Source of the DNA: an uncultured delta proteobacterium
GTDB taxonomy: Bacteria; Desulfobacterota; Binatia; JACPRU01
DNA: 64,000 nt
Assembly: GCA_963745025.1 (NCBI GenBank)
Contig: CAVUWD010000006.1
Coordinates: 64,001 to 128,000, forward strand
Reading direction: 5' to 3'
Shown here piece by piece: positions 10,912 to 20,942 of this stretch; within the stretch, counting starts at the first letter, position 1, and every line of letters begins with the position of its first letter. The notes under the pieces were generated by a model that saw only the letters and a program-made list of their open reading frames with translations, had not been told where the DNA came from and searched no databases. The translations under genes were made by a program, and so were the position numbers.

Positions 10912-11193
10912 ATGGCTCGCGTGCCGTATCTCGAGAAGCCGGACCTGTCGGAGGTCGATCAGGACCTGCTGAAGCGTCCGATCTGGCTGTTCAAGGCCCT
11001 GGTGAACTCGCCCAATGCGGCACGAGCGTTCCATGGCCTAGGCAACATCGTGGTCCCCTCGCCCAAGGCCTACGTCAGCGCGGTCAACAAGCTCGGCAGC
11101 AAGATGGAGACGGTCAGCCCGCAGCATCAGCTCTCAGGTTCATTCCGGCAGGCCGGCCTTCAGCAGGGACTCGCAATGGTGTGCGAGGTCTGA
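10912..11193 (+). pseudogene. Truncated carboxymuconolactone decarboxylase/AhpD-like N-terminus fused to unrelated sequence
   Basis: MARVPYLEK...LFKALVNSPNAARAF is a typical CMD N-terminus. Resemblance stops near 11046 and the frame overlaps the convergent cyclase gene. Confidence 0.5.
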
Positions 11194-12870
11194 ATCGTGC
11201 CGGTAGCGCAGCAGCGGCACGCAGTGCTCGCGCACGGTGAAGCCCGGAATCCGCTTGAGTACTTCCGCGGCGTGGGCCGTCGCGCTCGGAACATTCCCCA
11301 GCTGGGCATGACAGGCGGCGAGCAGGGCGTGATGCAGGCTGTCCGGCGTGCTGATGTGCTGAAGAGATTCGATCGTCTCAGCGTAGCGCTTGGCGACGAA
11401 GTAGGCGCGCGCCAGATGGAACCAGAAGCGCTCCGGGTGATACGGGTTGAGGCGCATCGCCTTGCGGATCCAATCGATCCCTTCTTCCCCCTGACCCAGC
11501 CAGGTGAGGATTTCCCCCTGCTGCACCACGATCAGGTCGTCGTTCGGGTTGAGGGCGAGCGCGCGCTGCTGGTGGAAAACCGCCTTGTCGAGGTCGTTGC
11601 GCACCACGGCCAAGGCCGCGAGGATGCGGTGCACGTCGCTGTCGTTGTCGTCCAGTCCGAGCGCGACCTCGAGCTCGCGCTCGATCACGGTTTCGGTCGC
11701 GGCGCGATCCTGGCACCAACCGTGACCCCATTGCTGGCCGAGGATGCACGCGTACCAGGCATGCGCGTGCGCGTACTGGGGGTCCAGCTCGATGGCGCGC
11801 CGGATCAGGCCGACCGCCCTGACATTGTCGTCGCGATTGGACCGGTGGTGCAGGACCTTGGCCTCCAGCACGCACTCGTAAGCGGCCATGTTGCCGGTCG
11901 GCTTGCGCTCGGCGCGGCCGCGCGCCGCGGCCTCGACGCGCCCGGGTAGCGTCGCCACGATGGCGGACGTGATCTCGTCCTGGATCGCGAAGATGTCCTC
12001 GAGATCCCGGTCGTAGCGCTCGGCCCAGACCTGGTGGTCGGACTCGGCGTCGATCAGCTGCACGGTGACCCGCACCCGGTTGGCCGCGCGGCGCACGCTG
12101 CCCTCGATGACGTACTGGATGCCGAGTTCGCGCGCGATCTTCTTCACCTCCACCGCCTGGCCCTTGTACTTGAACGAGGTATTGCGCGAAATCACGAACA
12201 GGTCCCGGAAGCGCGACAGGTCGGTCAGGATGTCCTCGGTCAGCCCGTCGGCGAAGAATTCCTGTTCGGCCGCGCCGCTCATGTTGGCGAACGGGAGCAC
12301 GATGATCGACGGCTTCGTGTGGGACGCCGTCGCCACGACCCCGGCGCGGGCCGGAGGGGCATCCGCGACGATGCGGTAGACGCGCACGCCGCCGGCGATG
12401 TTCTTCAGTTCATGCTCGCCGAGGTCCTCGAACGTGAGTTCGAGCTTGCGATGCACCTCGTCGTGGATCTTGGCCGAGACGCAGATTCCACCTGGATGGG
12501 CGAGCGCTTCGACGCGCGCCGCGATGTTGACGCCATCGCCGTAGATCCGGTCCCCCTCGACGACGAGGTCGCCGAGGTTGACGCCGACCCGGAACGCCAT
12601 GCGCCGCGCCTCGGACAGCTTCGCATTGCGTGCCCCGAGTTCCGCCTGCAGCGCAAGCGCCGCATTGACTGCGTCCACGGCGCTGCCGAATTCCGCGAGG
12701 ATGTTGTCCCCCGGCATGTCCACCACGCGCCCGTGCTGGGACGCGACAATCCCCGCAATGACACCCCGGTATTCCGACAGGGTGCGCACGGTGGCAAGCT
12801 CGTCGGCGCCCATCAGGCGGCTGTAGCCCGCGACATCGGCACTCAGTATGGCTGCAAGGCGGCGCTGCAA
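11140..12870 (-). CDS. Class III adenylate/guanylate cyclase with TolB-like and TPR domains
   Basis: RRLAAILSADVAGYSRLM, FRVGVNLGD, GDGVNIAAR, VLPFANMS..FADGLTEDI, followed by TPR helices. Confidence 0.9.
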   Translation of the reverse strand: MQRRLAAILSADVAGYSRLMGADELATVRTLSEYRGVIAGIVASQHGRVVDMPGDNILAEFGSAVDAVNAALALQAELGARNAKLSEARRMAFRVGVNLGDLVVEGDRIYGDGVNIAARVEALAHPGGICVSAKIHDEVHRKLELTFEDLGEHELKNIAGGVRVYRIVADAPPARAGVVATASHTKPSIIVLPFANMSGAAEQEFFADGLTEDILTDLSRFRDLFVISRNTSFKYKGQAVEVKKIARELGIQYVIEGSVRRAANRVRVTVQLIDAESDHQVWAERYDRDLEDIFAIQDEITSAIVATLPGRVEAAARGRAERKPTGNMAAYECVLEAKVLHHRSNRDDNVRAVGLIRRAIELDPQYAHAHAWYACILGQQWGHGWCQDRAATETVIERELEVALGLDDNDSDVHRILAALAVVRNDLDKAVFHQQRALALNPNDDLIVVQQGEILTWLGQGEEGIDWIRKAMRLNPYHPERFWFHLARAYFVAKRYAETIESLQHISTPDSLHHALLAACHAQLGNVPSATAHAAEVLKRIPGFTVREHCVPLLRYRHDSDLAHHCESLLKAGLPE

Positions 12871-13209
12871 TGCGTTCCCTCGATCCTAGGACCCGGCCGA
12901 TATTATGTCGGATGCGGGTATCCGGGACTTACGCCGCGGAGGATAGCGGCTACAAGCGCCGGCGGAAAGCTACATACCGGTCGATCTCAGACGCTCGAGG
13001 AGCTGGGCCAGGCGATCCGCGACACCGCCCGCATCCTCTGGCCGGACGAGCAGGCACTCATCGGCACTTGAAGGACAAACACCCGCCAGTCTGGAATTGA
13101 AAGGACATCTACGTGGGAGGAACGACTTGGTTTCGTGGAGGGTTTCGGTGCCAACACTCGCGACTGATCGGCCTGCAGCCTCCCAGTGCGACGGGGCAGT
13201 GTGCGGAGG

Positions 13210-13974
13210 TTACGCATCACGCTCCATCGACTGGCCGCGGTGCCGGCGATAGATGTCCGCAGCCCATTGGAAGGCAGGATGTCCTTCCAGCGTCGCCCGG
13301 TACTTGGCAGCCGATGCCGGCAGCGGTGTCACCAGCGGATATGGAAACTCGGCGGGCATCACCACTGGCGAGAGCAGCGCCGCCGCAGTCAGGTCGGCAA
13401 CGCTGAAGGCGTTGCCGACGAGATACCCGCTGGGTTGGAGCTCGGCCGCAATGCGATCGAGCGACGCCTTGATCTTCGCGCGTCCTACCTCCGCCCCCTC
13501 GGCGTTGATGCGCATATCCATCCGCATGATGGTACTGACTACCGGATAGAGGGCTCGGTATATCCGCTGGGTGCCTGCACTGCATCCGACCGCGATCTGC
13601 GCCACGGTAAAGTCAGCGTCGGGCATCACCTCGTAGAACCACGTCCGACGCACGTGCGGCCCCAGCTCCTCATCGAAGAATTCCTCGAGCGCCATCGCGC
13701 GGTCCCGGTCGCTCGGCTCGGCTGGATGGAGCGGCGGATTCGGCCGCCAGCGCTCGAGCGCGTCGATGATACGCGTCGAGTCGGCGATGGCCTTGCCGTC
13801 AAGCACCAGCACGGGCACCGCCTTCTGCCCGGTCATCCAGAACACCCGCGGCACGTGCGCCCCGGGCAGCAACGAGCGGCGCACATGCGGTATGCGTTTG
13901 AAGTCCAACGCCCAACGCGCCTTCTCGTTGTAGTGCGAGTACTTGAATTGCCAGAGCACCGGGTCGGTCATCAC
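13210..13974 (-). CDS. Glutathione S-transferase family protein
   Basis: SHYNEKARWALD, VPVL, IADSTRII and FSVADLTAA. Confidence 0.88.
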   Translation of the reverse strand: MMTDPVLWQFKYSHYNEKARWALDFKRIPHVRRSLLPGAHVPRVFWMTGQKAVPVLVLDGKAIADSTRIIDALERWRPNPPLHPAEPSDRDRAMALEEFFDEELGPHVRRTWFYEVMPDADFTVAQIAVGCSAGTQRIYRALYPVVSTIMRMDMRINAEGAEVGRAKIKASLDRIAAELQPSGYLVGNAFSVADLTAAALLSPVVMPAEFPYPLVTPLPASAAKYRATLEGHPAFQWAADIYRRHRGQSMERDA

Positions 13975-14040
13975 ACCTTCCTGCTATAATCCGTGCCTTA
14001 CCCAGTTCGCCTGGGAGCTCGACATTGGTTCCCGGTGGCG

Positions 14041-14511
14041 TCAGACCGCGACGCCATGCGGAAACCCGAGCGGCGGAAATTGCTCGATGGCTTTACTTGG
14101 GGTTGGCATCATCTCGACTTCGATCTGGCGCGTGGCGAACAGCCAGTGGCCATCCTTCAGCGTGAACTCGTCGTAATAGGTCCCCGTCGCGATGAAGCCT
14201 TCACCGGTCTGCTTGCTGACTGCACTCGCGAGCAGATAGCTGACGCCCGTCGCGCGCGTGCCCTGCACGTCGATCAGCGGCGACATGATCATGTGTTTGA
14301 GATGACGTACGCCCGCTTTGAAATGGGCTTCGTAGTAGGCATACCAGCCTTGGATGGCCTCGCGGCCGCGCACCTCGTAGCGGCCGTCGTAGAACGGCCT
14401 CAGCACGGCGTCCTCGGCGAACAGCGCGGCGACCTCGGCCGGCGTGCCGCGATCGACGCGGTGGCAGTAGGCGGCCAGTACCTGTTTGATGGCGGTGATG
14501 TCGTTGGACAT
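14041..14511 (-). CDS. NTF2-like/SnoaL-like protein
   Basis: IKQVLAAYCHRVD, LFAEDA, GREAI and GTYYDEF..DGHWLFATR. RBS GAAGGAG. Confidence 0.85.
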   Translation of the reverse strand: MSNDITAIKQVLAAYCHRVDRGTPAEVAALFAEDAVLRPFYDGRYEVRGREAIQGWYAYYEAHFKAGVRHLKHMIMSPLIDVQGTRATGVSYLLASAVSKQTGEGFIATGTYYDEFTLKDGHWLFATRQIEVEMMPTPSKAIEQFPPLGFPHGVAV

Positions 14512-14792
14512 GGGCCGCTCCTTCCTCTCGGTTCAAGGCACTCGGTCGAGCACGGGCGGTGCGCTGGTCCTGCGCCGCACACAGCCGCTGCACCGAGTAT
14601 AGGCTGTCCACGCGTTGGGCGCCATGATCCCGTTCACCATCACGCCCGTGGAGTCGCGGTTCACTCGAACCGGGGCGCGGGCCGATCGATCGCGATCTGC
14701 CCTGGCGGCCAGTACGCCGACTCGGCGATCGTCGCATCCGCGAGGTTGTCGCGGATCACCTTCAGGACTTGGGTCAACGACTCGGGCTGCCG

Positions 14793-15551
14793 TCACGGTC
14801 GTGGCGTAGCGACGCCGGGACGATCCAAATGGCCGGCGGGGCGCAGGCAGTCGAGCCGCGCCCGCAGCGCTTCGAACCAGCGGCGGGCGATCTTCTTCTC
14901 GCCCGACTCGTTGGGATGCACGCCGTCGTAGGTATCGGCCCGCGGGTCGAAGCCCGTGTATTGGTCGACGACGATCAGGCGGGATTCCGGACGGTCTCGG
15001 TCGGCCGCCAGGCGCGCGATCGCGTCGTTCGTTCGCCTCATGATCTCATCGGGAACTCCGGCTGCAGGAATCAGCCCCGCGAGGTAGATCTCGACCATCG
15101 GGTTCGCTCGCCGAAGCGAAGCGACGATGGCGCCGAGGTTTGCGGCGATCCCCTGCGGATCGCTCCCGAGGTCGTTCGTGCCGAGGTGGAGAAGAACGAT
15201 CTCAGCCTTCGCATCCTGGGCCCAGCGATCGATCTGTGCCTTCACCTGCGCGGTGGTCCAGCCCCAGTGCCCTTCGTGGTCGGGGTCGAAGTCGGAGAAG
15301 CGCGGCTTTCCGCGGAACACGCCGCGACGGCTGCCGACGTAGTCGACGACGCATCCGTTGGCCTCGATGCTTTTCTGCAGCCAGTAGCGCCACGTGGCGT
15401 CGCCGGACGTTCCCTCGGTGATCGAGTCTCCGAGGGGCATGATGCGGACGGGGCGCCGCGGTCCGCCTTCAACGGCGTGGACAGAAAGCGGCGGGGCAGC
15501 CAGCACGAGCACAACCAGCGAGAGAAGCGTCCTGGCGCAGACTGCAGTCAT
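14793..15551 (-). CDS. Secreted SGNH/GDSL hydrolase
   Basis: Signal peptide, IMPLGDSITEG, HEGHWG, LHLGTND and DGVHPN. Confidence 0.88.
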   Translation of the reverse strand: MTAVCARTLLSLVVLVLAAPPLSVHAVEGGPRRPVRIMPLGDSITEGTSGDATWRYWLQKSIEANGCVVDYVGSRRGVFRGKPRFSDFDPDHEGHWGWTTAQVKAQIDRWAQDAKAEIVLLHLGTNDLGSDPQGIAANLGAIVASLRRANPMVEIYLAGLIPAAGVPDEIMRRTNDAIARLAADRDRPESRLIVVDQYTGFDPRADTYDGVHPNESGEKKIARRWFEALRARLDCLRPAGHLDRPGVATPRP

Positions 15552-15579
15552 CCGCCTGACGATGGCACGTTCCCTTTCG

Positions 15580-15765
15580 GGGAGCGCGATCCCGGCGCGG
15601 ACTCGTTTCCTCCCCGCCCTAGCGCCAACACCTGCTGCTTCTTCTCTTCGGTCAAGACGTTGCCCATCCGACCGCCGGGCTCATCTCCCGCCGGCCTTCG
15701 TCAACGTCCCGAGCCGCTACTCCCGTTGGCCGCTTTTCAGCTGTCGATCATCGGCCGACTCTCAC
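15580..15765 (-). mobile_element. IS21-family remnant (left end plus the first codons of istA)
   Basis: Minus strand from 15667 reads MGNVLTEEKKQQVLALGR, like an IstA N-terminus, then breaks. Upstream lie the repeated motifs tggccgcttttcagctgtc..cggccgactct, resembling IS21 ends. Confidence 0.6.
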
Positions 15766-15788
15766 GTAGGAGCGTTCCACGATTGCGG

Positions 15789-16091
15789 CTACGCGGCGCT
15801 CGCCGTGTTGATCGTCTTCTTCAACACCTGGCTCGGCTTGAACGACAGCACGCGCCGCCCGGAGATGACGATCTCCTCGCCGGTCTGCGGGTTTCGCCCC
15901 TTGCGTGGGCGCTTGGTGTGCACCACGAAGTTTCCGAACCCCGAGATCTTCACTTTCTCTCCCCGCTCCAGGCGCCGCTTGATCACCTCGAAGATCGCCT
16001 CGACGACTTCGGCGGCCTCCTTCTTCGAGAAACCGTCCTTCTCGACCTTCTCGTAAATACGTTCGACGATCTCCGCCTTGGTCATCGCCAT
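15789..16091 (-). CDS. ihfA: Integration host factor alpha subunit
   Basis: MTKAEIVE, VKISGFGNF, RKGRNPQTGEEI and FKPSQVLK. Canonical position after pheT. Confidence 0.93.
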   Translation of the reverse strand: MAMTKAEIVERIYEKVEKDGFSKKEAAEVVEAIFEVIKRRLERGEKVKISGFGNFVVHTKRPRKGRNPQTGEEIVISGRRVLSFKPSQVLKKTINTASAA

Positions 16092-16117
16092 GGCATCACC
16101 TGTGAGCCGGCCGGCCG

Positions 16118-18514
16118 CTACCCACGGAGCTTCACGCCGAGCTCGCGGGTGATGCGCTCGATCAGGCTCTGATGGAATCGATTCACTTCGTCGTCGGTCA
16201 ACGTACGGTCAGGGGCACGATACGCGATGGAGTACGCGAGACTCTTCTTGCCGGCGGGCAACGGATCGCCGCGGTACAGATCGAACAAGTGAGCACTTTC
16301 GACGGGAAGGTCGGAGCATAGCGCAATGGTGTCGAGCACCGACTGGGCCTCGAGTCCTTCGTTCGCCACAATCGCCAGATCGCGGACGACGGTGGGGTAC
16401 TTCGGAAGTGGCTGGAACGTGATGCGGGCGGAAGCATAGGATTCGAGTTTTTCGAAGTCAAGTTCGAACGCCCATGGGGCGGGCTCGAGGTCCAAGGCCT
16501 TCGCGGCCTCGGGATGGAGGCCGCCGACGTAGCCGAACGCCTCCCCCTGCACACGTGCCAGCGCCGCCTTCCCGGGATGGAGGAAGGATGACAAGTCCCG
16601 GCTCGTCCACTCGACCCCGCCGATGCGGAATTCGCTGAGCAGCGCCTCGACCACGCCCTTAGCGTCGTAGAACGACTCGACACGGTCCTCGTGAAGGAGC
16701 CCCCGTTGGGGCAGCGCGCCGGTGAGCACGCCGCCGACGACGCGTCGCTCGCGAATTTTCCCGTCGCTCCAGAAGACGTTGCCGATCTCGAAGGCGCGGA
16801 TCCACTCCTCTCCTTGGCGGCGATTTCGCGCGGTCGCCATCAGCAGGTTCGGCAACAGGCTCCTGCGCATCTCCGAGGCCTCGCTGCTCATCGGGTTCCG
16901 CAGCGGCACCGGGGCGCTTCCCGCCGGGGTAAGGCCGGCGATCCGCCGGTTCCAATCCGCCCCGACGAAGCGGTGACAGATCATCTCATTCATCCCCTGC
17001 GCGACGAGCAGCTCGCGGACCCGAGCGGTGAGGCGGCGGTTCGCACCATCCAGGGCCGCCGCCACCGCCGCTTGCGGCAGGGTGGCAGGGATTCGGTCGT
17101 ACCCAGCGAGCCGGGCGATCTCCTCGATGAAGTCCACCTCGCGGGTGAGGTCTGAACGGTAGGACGGGGGCCGGCAGAGATACCCCCCCCTACCCGCGGC
17201 CTTGACGCCCGCCGAGACGCGCCGCAGGCTCTGACCGATCTCGGCGACCGGCAGCGCGGTGCCGAGCAAGCGGTTGGCACGGTCGGTCCGCACCAGCACC
17301 TCGGCCGCGGGCCGCGGATTCGGGTAAACGTCGACCCGGCCGGCAGCGACGTGACCATGCGCCAGCTTGGCGAGCAGTTCGGCGGCTCGATCCGCCGCTT
17401 GCGGGACGCCCTCGATGTCGACGCCGCGCTCGAAGCGGAGCGACGCTTCGCTCCTGAGCCCCAGCCGGCGCGAGGTCCGCCGCACCGTGCTCGGGGCGAA
17501 ATGCGCGGCCTCGAGCAGAACGTCGCTCGTGGCGGCGGTCACGGCGCTGTCGAACCCGCCCATCACGCCCGCCAGGGCCACCGCTCCGTCGCGATCGGCA
17601 ATGACGAGGTCGTCGGCTTCGAGCTCCCGATCGATCTCGTCGAGGGTGCGGACGACGATTCTTCCTCCGGCGCGCCGGACGATGATTTGCGCGCCGCGCA
17701 GGCGTGCGAGGTCGAACGCGTGGAGCGGCTGTCCGCGCTCGAGCATCACGTAGTTCGTCACGTCGACGACGTTGTTGATGGCGCGAACGCCGAGCATCTC
17801 GAGCCGACTCCGCATCCAAAGCGGTGAAGGACCGATCTTCACACCGCTCACCACCCGTGCCACGTAACGGCCGCAGAGGTCAGCGTCTTGGATCTCGACG
17901 CGGATCCTCTCCGCGCTCGCCGCCGGCTTCTCCGCCAGGCGCAGCGGGGAAATGCGCAGCCGCGCTCCGGTCAGCGCGGCGATCTCGCGGGCGACGCCGA
18001 GAATCGAGAGGCAGTCGCCGCGATTCGGCGTGATCGCCACGTCGAGTACCGTGTCCGCCGTCCCGAGGATTGCCGCCAGGGGGGCCCCGGGCGCGGCATC
18101 CGCGCCGAGAGGCATCACACCGCTGTGATCATCGGAGATACCGATCTCGCGTTCCGAGAGCAGTACCGCGGCGGACGGCACCCCGCGAATTTCCACTGCT
18201 TCGACGACGCGGCCGTCGGCCAGCGCGGCTCCGGGGAGCGCCACGGCGACTCGCAAGCCCGCCTCCACGTTGGGCGCACCCGACACCACCCGGAGGGTTC
18301 CGGCCGAGCCGAGATCGACCGTGCAGATCGAGAGGTTGTCCGCACGCGGGTGCGGCTCGAGCCCGACGATCCGCGCGGCGATCATGTGCTCGAAGGTGCC
18401 GTGCAGGTTCATCCCCTCGACTTCGAGTCCGGCCATGGTCAGCCGTTCCGCGATCCCCGCCGCCGAGAGCTCGACGGCGACGAACTCGCGAAGCCAGGCG
18501 AGCGAGACCTTCAA
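16118..18514 (-). CDS. pheT: Phenylalanine--tRNA ligase beta subunit
   Basis: TTG start overlaps the pheS stop. MKVSLAWLREF, ITPNRGDCLS, GQPLHAFD, RFERGVD and an FDX-ACB C-terminus. Confidence 0.96.
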   Translation of the reverse strand: MKVSLAWLREFVAVELSAAGIAERLTMAGLEVEGMNLHGTFEHMIAARIVGLEPHPRADNLSICTVDLGSAGTLRVVSGAPNVEAGLRVAVALPGAALADGRVVEAVEIRGVPSAAVLLSEREIGISDDHSGVMPLGADAAPGAPLAAILGTADTVLDVAITPNRGDCLSILGVAREIAALTGARLRISPLRLAEKPAASAERIRVEIQDADLCGRYVARVVSGVKIGPSPLWMRSRLEMLGVRAINNVVDVTNYVMLERGQPLHAFDLARLRGAQIIVRRAGGRIVVRTLDEIDRELEADDLVIADRDGAVALAGVMGGFDSAVTAATSDVLLEAAHFAPSTVRRTSRRLGLRSEASLRFERGVDIEGVPQAADRAAELLAKLAHGHVAAGRVDVYPNPRPAAEVLVRTDRANRLLGTALPVAEIGQSLRRVSAGVKAAGRGGYLCRPPSYRSDLTREVDFIEEIARLAGYDRIPATLPQAAVAAALDGANRRLTARVRELLVAQGMNEMICHRFVGADWNRRIAGLTPAGSAPVPLRNPMSSEASEMRRSLLPNLLMATARNRRQGEEWIRAFEIGNVFWSDGKIRERRVVGGVLTGALPQRGLLHEDRVESFYDAKGVVEALLSEFRIGGVEWTSRDLSSFLHPGKAALARVQGEAFGYVGGLHPEAAKALDLEPAPWAFELDFEKLESYASARITFQPLPKYPTVVRDLAIVANEGLEAQSVLDTIALCSDLPVESAHLFDLYRGDPLPAGKKSLAYSIAYRAPDRTLTDDEVNRFHQSLIERITRELGVKLRG

Positions 18515-19551
18515 AACTGCCTCAAGAAGCGGAGGTCGTTCTCGTAGAAGAGCCGGATGTCGTCGATGCCGTGCTTGAGCATCGCCAGCCGCTCCACGCC
18601 CAGGCCGAAGGCGAATCCGGAAAACAGCTCGGGATCGTAGCCGACGAAGTGAAATACATTCGGGTCGATCAGGCCCGATCCGAGGATCTCGAGCCATCCG
18701 GAGCGCTTGCAGATCCGGCACGCGGCACCATCGGCTTGCTTGCCCGATGCGGCACACATCACACAGCCGATGTCGACCTCGGCGGAAGGCTCGGTGAAGG
18801 GGAAGAAGCTCGGCCGGAAGCGCACACGGGTTTCGGGCCCGAAGAAGCGGCGCAGGAACTCGGACAGCACGCCTTTCAGGTCACCGAAAGTGATCGCCCT
18901 GTCGACCAGAAACCCCTCTACCTGGTGGAACGTCGGCGAGTGGGTGGCGTCGTCGTCGCCCTGGCGAAACACGGCCCCCGGCGCAATCACTCGAAGCGGC
19001 GGTTGCCGCGTCTCCATCACGCGAATCTGTACCGGCGAGGTATGCGTACGCAGGACCCGGTCGTCCGTCACGAAGAACGTGTCGTGCATGTCTCGCGCCG
19101 GATGATCGCGCGGAATGTTGAGCGCCTCGAAGTTGTGGTAGTCGTCCTCGATCTCGGGTCCCTCTTCCACTCCGAATCCCATCTCGACGAAGATGCCGAC
19201 GACCTCGTCGAGCACCTGCGCGAGCGGATGCAGGTGTCCGAGCGGAACGCGAATGCCCGGCAAGGTGACGTCGAGACGCTCCTCGGCAAGACTCTTCGCG
19301 AGGCGCACATCCTCCAGGCGGCGGCGGATCGCGTCGATCCGTTCCTCGACTTCGGCCTTGATGGTATTGACGAGCTCGCCGATCGCCGGTCGCTCCGCCT
19401 CGGGAACCTCACGCATGCCGCGGAGCACTGCGGTAAGCTCGCCCTTGCGTCCGAGGTAGCGGACACGGACCTCTTCGAGGGCGGCTCCCTCCTCGCAGCG
19501 CTCCAGGTCCGCGAGGGCGGCCTGGCGTATGCGTTCGAGGTCGGAGCGCAT
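18511..19551 (-). CDS. pheS: Phenylalanine--tRNA ligase alpha subunit
   Basis: HPARDMHDTF, LRTHTSPVQ, FRPSFFPFTEPSAE and GFAFGLGVERLAM. Confidence 0.97.
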   Translation of the reverse strand: MRSDLERIRQAALADLERCEEGAALEEVRVRYLGRKGELTAVLRGMREVPEAERPAIGELVNTIKAEVEERIDAIRRRLEDVRLAKSLAEERLDVTLPGIRVPLGHLHPLAQVLDEVVGIFVEMGFGVEEGPEIEDDYHNFEALNIPRDHPARDMHDTFFVTDDRVLRTHTSPVQIRVMETRQPPLRVIAPGAVFRQGDDDATHSPTFHQVEGFLVDRAITFGDLKGVLSEFLRRFFGPETRVRFRPSFFPFTEPSAEVDIGCVMCAASGKQADGAACRICKRSGWLEILGSGLIDPNVFHFVGYDPELFSGFAFGLGVERLAMLKHGIDDIRLFYENDLRFLRQF

Positions 19552-19561
19552 GAATGGCTGT

Positions 19562-19647
19562 CGGCTACCGGCTTCCGACTACCGACTGCCCGCAAAGACC
19601 TCGCGTAGCCTCTGGGGTAGCCGGTAGTCGGTAGCCGGTAGCCTCTT
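19562..19647. repeat. Intergenic heptamer-built palindromic repeat (copy A)
   Basis: Tandem GGCTACC/GACTACC units, a spacer with caaagacctcgcg, then inverted GGTAGCC/GGTAGTC units ending gtagcctctt. Confidence 0.75.
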
Positions 19648-20003
19648 CACGCCGCGACCTTCGACTTGGCGAGCGCGGCGATGTCGGAGAACGCGGCCGG
19701 ATCCTTCACCGCGAGATCGGCGAGCACCTTGCGGTCGACTTCGACTCCCGCCTTCTTCAGCCCAGACATCAGGCTCCGGTAGGTGATGCCGTTCAGCCGC
19801 GCGGCGGCGTTGATGCGCACGATCCAGAGGCTACGAAAGTCCCGCTTGCGCACCCGCCGATCGCGATACGCGTAAACCAGCGCCTTTTCGACCGTGGAAC
19901 GGGCCTGGCGGTAATTCTTGCGGCCGCCGATCACTCCTTTGGCAAGCTTCAGGAGCTTCTTGTGGCGGCGCTTGAGCTTGGTTCCTCGCTTGGCTCTCGG
20001 CAT
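19647..20003 (-). CDS. rplT: 50S ribosomal protein L20
   Basis: [24 protein letters not shown] and DRKVLADLA. Confidence 0.98.
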   Translation of the reverse strand: MPRAKRGTKLKRRHKKLLKLAKGVIGGRKNYRQARSTVEKALVYAYRDRRVRKRDFRSLWIVRINAAARLNGITYRSLMSGLKKAGVEVDRKVLADLAVKDPAAFSDIAALAKSKVAA

Positions 20004-20015
20004 GGGGGTCCTTTC

Positions 20016-20095
20016 AGAGGCTACCGACTACCGGCTACCGCAAAATGATTTCTCAACGTCTTTCGCGGAAGCCGGTAGCCGGAAGCCGGTAGTCG
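20016..20095. repeat. Intergenic heptamer-built palindromic repeat (copy B)
   Basis: agaggctaccgactaccggctacc ... ggtagccggaagccggtagtc. Confidence 0.75.
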
Positions 20096-20100
20096 TCCTT

Positions 20101-20298
20101 TCACAAGTACGGCAACAGACTCTTCACCGCCCTCTCGTTCGCCGCCGCGACCATGCCGGCGTGGCGCAGATGACGCTTTCGCTTTCGCGATTTGGTGGTG
20201 AGGATGTGGCGGCGGTAGGCGCGGCTCCGCTTCACCTTGCCGCTACCGGTGACCTTGAACCGTTTGGCGGCCCCCCGCTTGGTCTTCATCTTTGGCAT
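20101..20298 (-). CDS. rpmI: 50S ribosomal protein L35
   Basis: [21 protein letters not shown]...LLPY. RBS GAGGAG. Confidence 0.97.
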   Translation of the reverse strand: MPKMKTKRGAAKRFKVTGSGKVKRSRAYRRHILTTKSRKRKRHLRHAGMVAAANERAVKSLLPYL

Positions 20299-20406
20299 CT
20301 CGTGCTCCTCACGATCCAGACGGTATTGAGTGAGCGGCCGGCATAAACTGGGGACACATAGCACAGCCGCGGCCACCGGTCAGCTCCATGCTATGCCGCC
20401 CGCCGG

Positions 20407-20925
20407 TCACTTTGGTACCACCATCATCGACATGTTGCGCCCCTCGAGACGCGGCCGCACCTCCTGCGTGGCGACGTCTTCGATCTTCGACATCACTAGA
20501 TCGAGCATCTCCTTCCCCTTCTCGGGATGGGTGATCGCGCGGCCGCGGAAGAAGACCGAGACCTTGACCCGCATGCCGTCGTCGAGAAAACGGCGAATGT
20601 GGTTCACCTTAAACGCCACATCGTGATCGTCGGTTTGCGACCCGAGCTTCACTTCCTTCACCACCACCCGGGTCGCCTTTTTCCTCGACTCCGCCGCCTT
20701 CTTCCGCTGCATGTAGCGGTACTTGCCGTAATCCATGATCCGGCAGACCGGCGGCACGGCGGTCGCCGCGACCTCGACGAGGTCGAGGCTTCGCTGGTTG
20801 GCGATCTCCAGCGCCCGGGCGATCGGCACGACGTTCTGCGTGCCGTCGACGTCGATCAGCCGAACTTCTCGGGCTCGGATCTGCTGGTTGATTCGTACGC
20901 TTGGCGTGGGCATTGGTCTCGAGAT
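20407..20925 (-). CDS. infC: Translation initiation factor IF-3 (probable ATC start)
   Basis: RINQQIRAREVRLID, PPVCRIMDYGKY and KVSVFFRGR. AGGAGGT lies 5 nt before an in-frame ATC at 20925; the first ATG is at 20913. Confidence 0.95.
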   Translation of the reverse strand: MSRPMPTPSVRINQQIRAREVRLIDVDGTQNVVPIARALEIANQRSLDLVEVAATAVPPVCRIMDYGKYRYMQRKKAAESRKKATRVVVKEVKLGSQTDDHDVAFKVNHIRRFLDDGMRVKVSVFFRGRAITHPEKGKEMLDLVMSKIEDVATQEVRPRLEGRNMSMMVVPK

Positions 20926-20942
20926 GGGGCACCTCCTGCGGT

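Noticed and set aside
13982-13990. TGCTATAAT extended -10 on the plus strand
   Set aside because: No plus-strand gene follows, and it coincides with the AT-rich leader of the minus-strand GST gene.
14650-14770. Coding-like fragment on the minus strand (QVLKVIRDNLADATIAESAYWPPGQIAIDRPAPRFE)
   Set aside because: No start and no recognisable family. Probably a gene remnant, but it cannot be supported.
19562-20095. Tandem repeats considered as a CRISPR array
   Set aside because: They are heptamer palindromes without repeat-spacer periodicity, and no cas genes are present.
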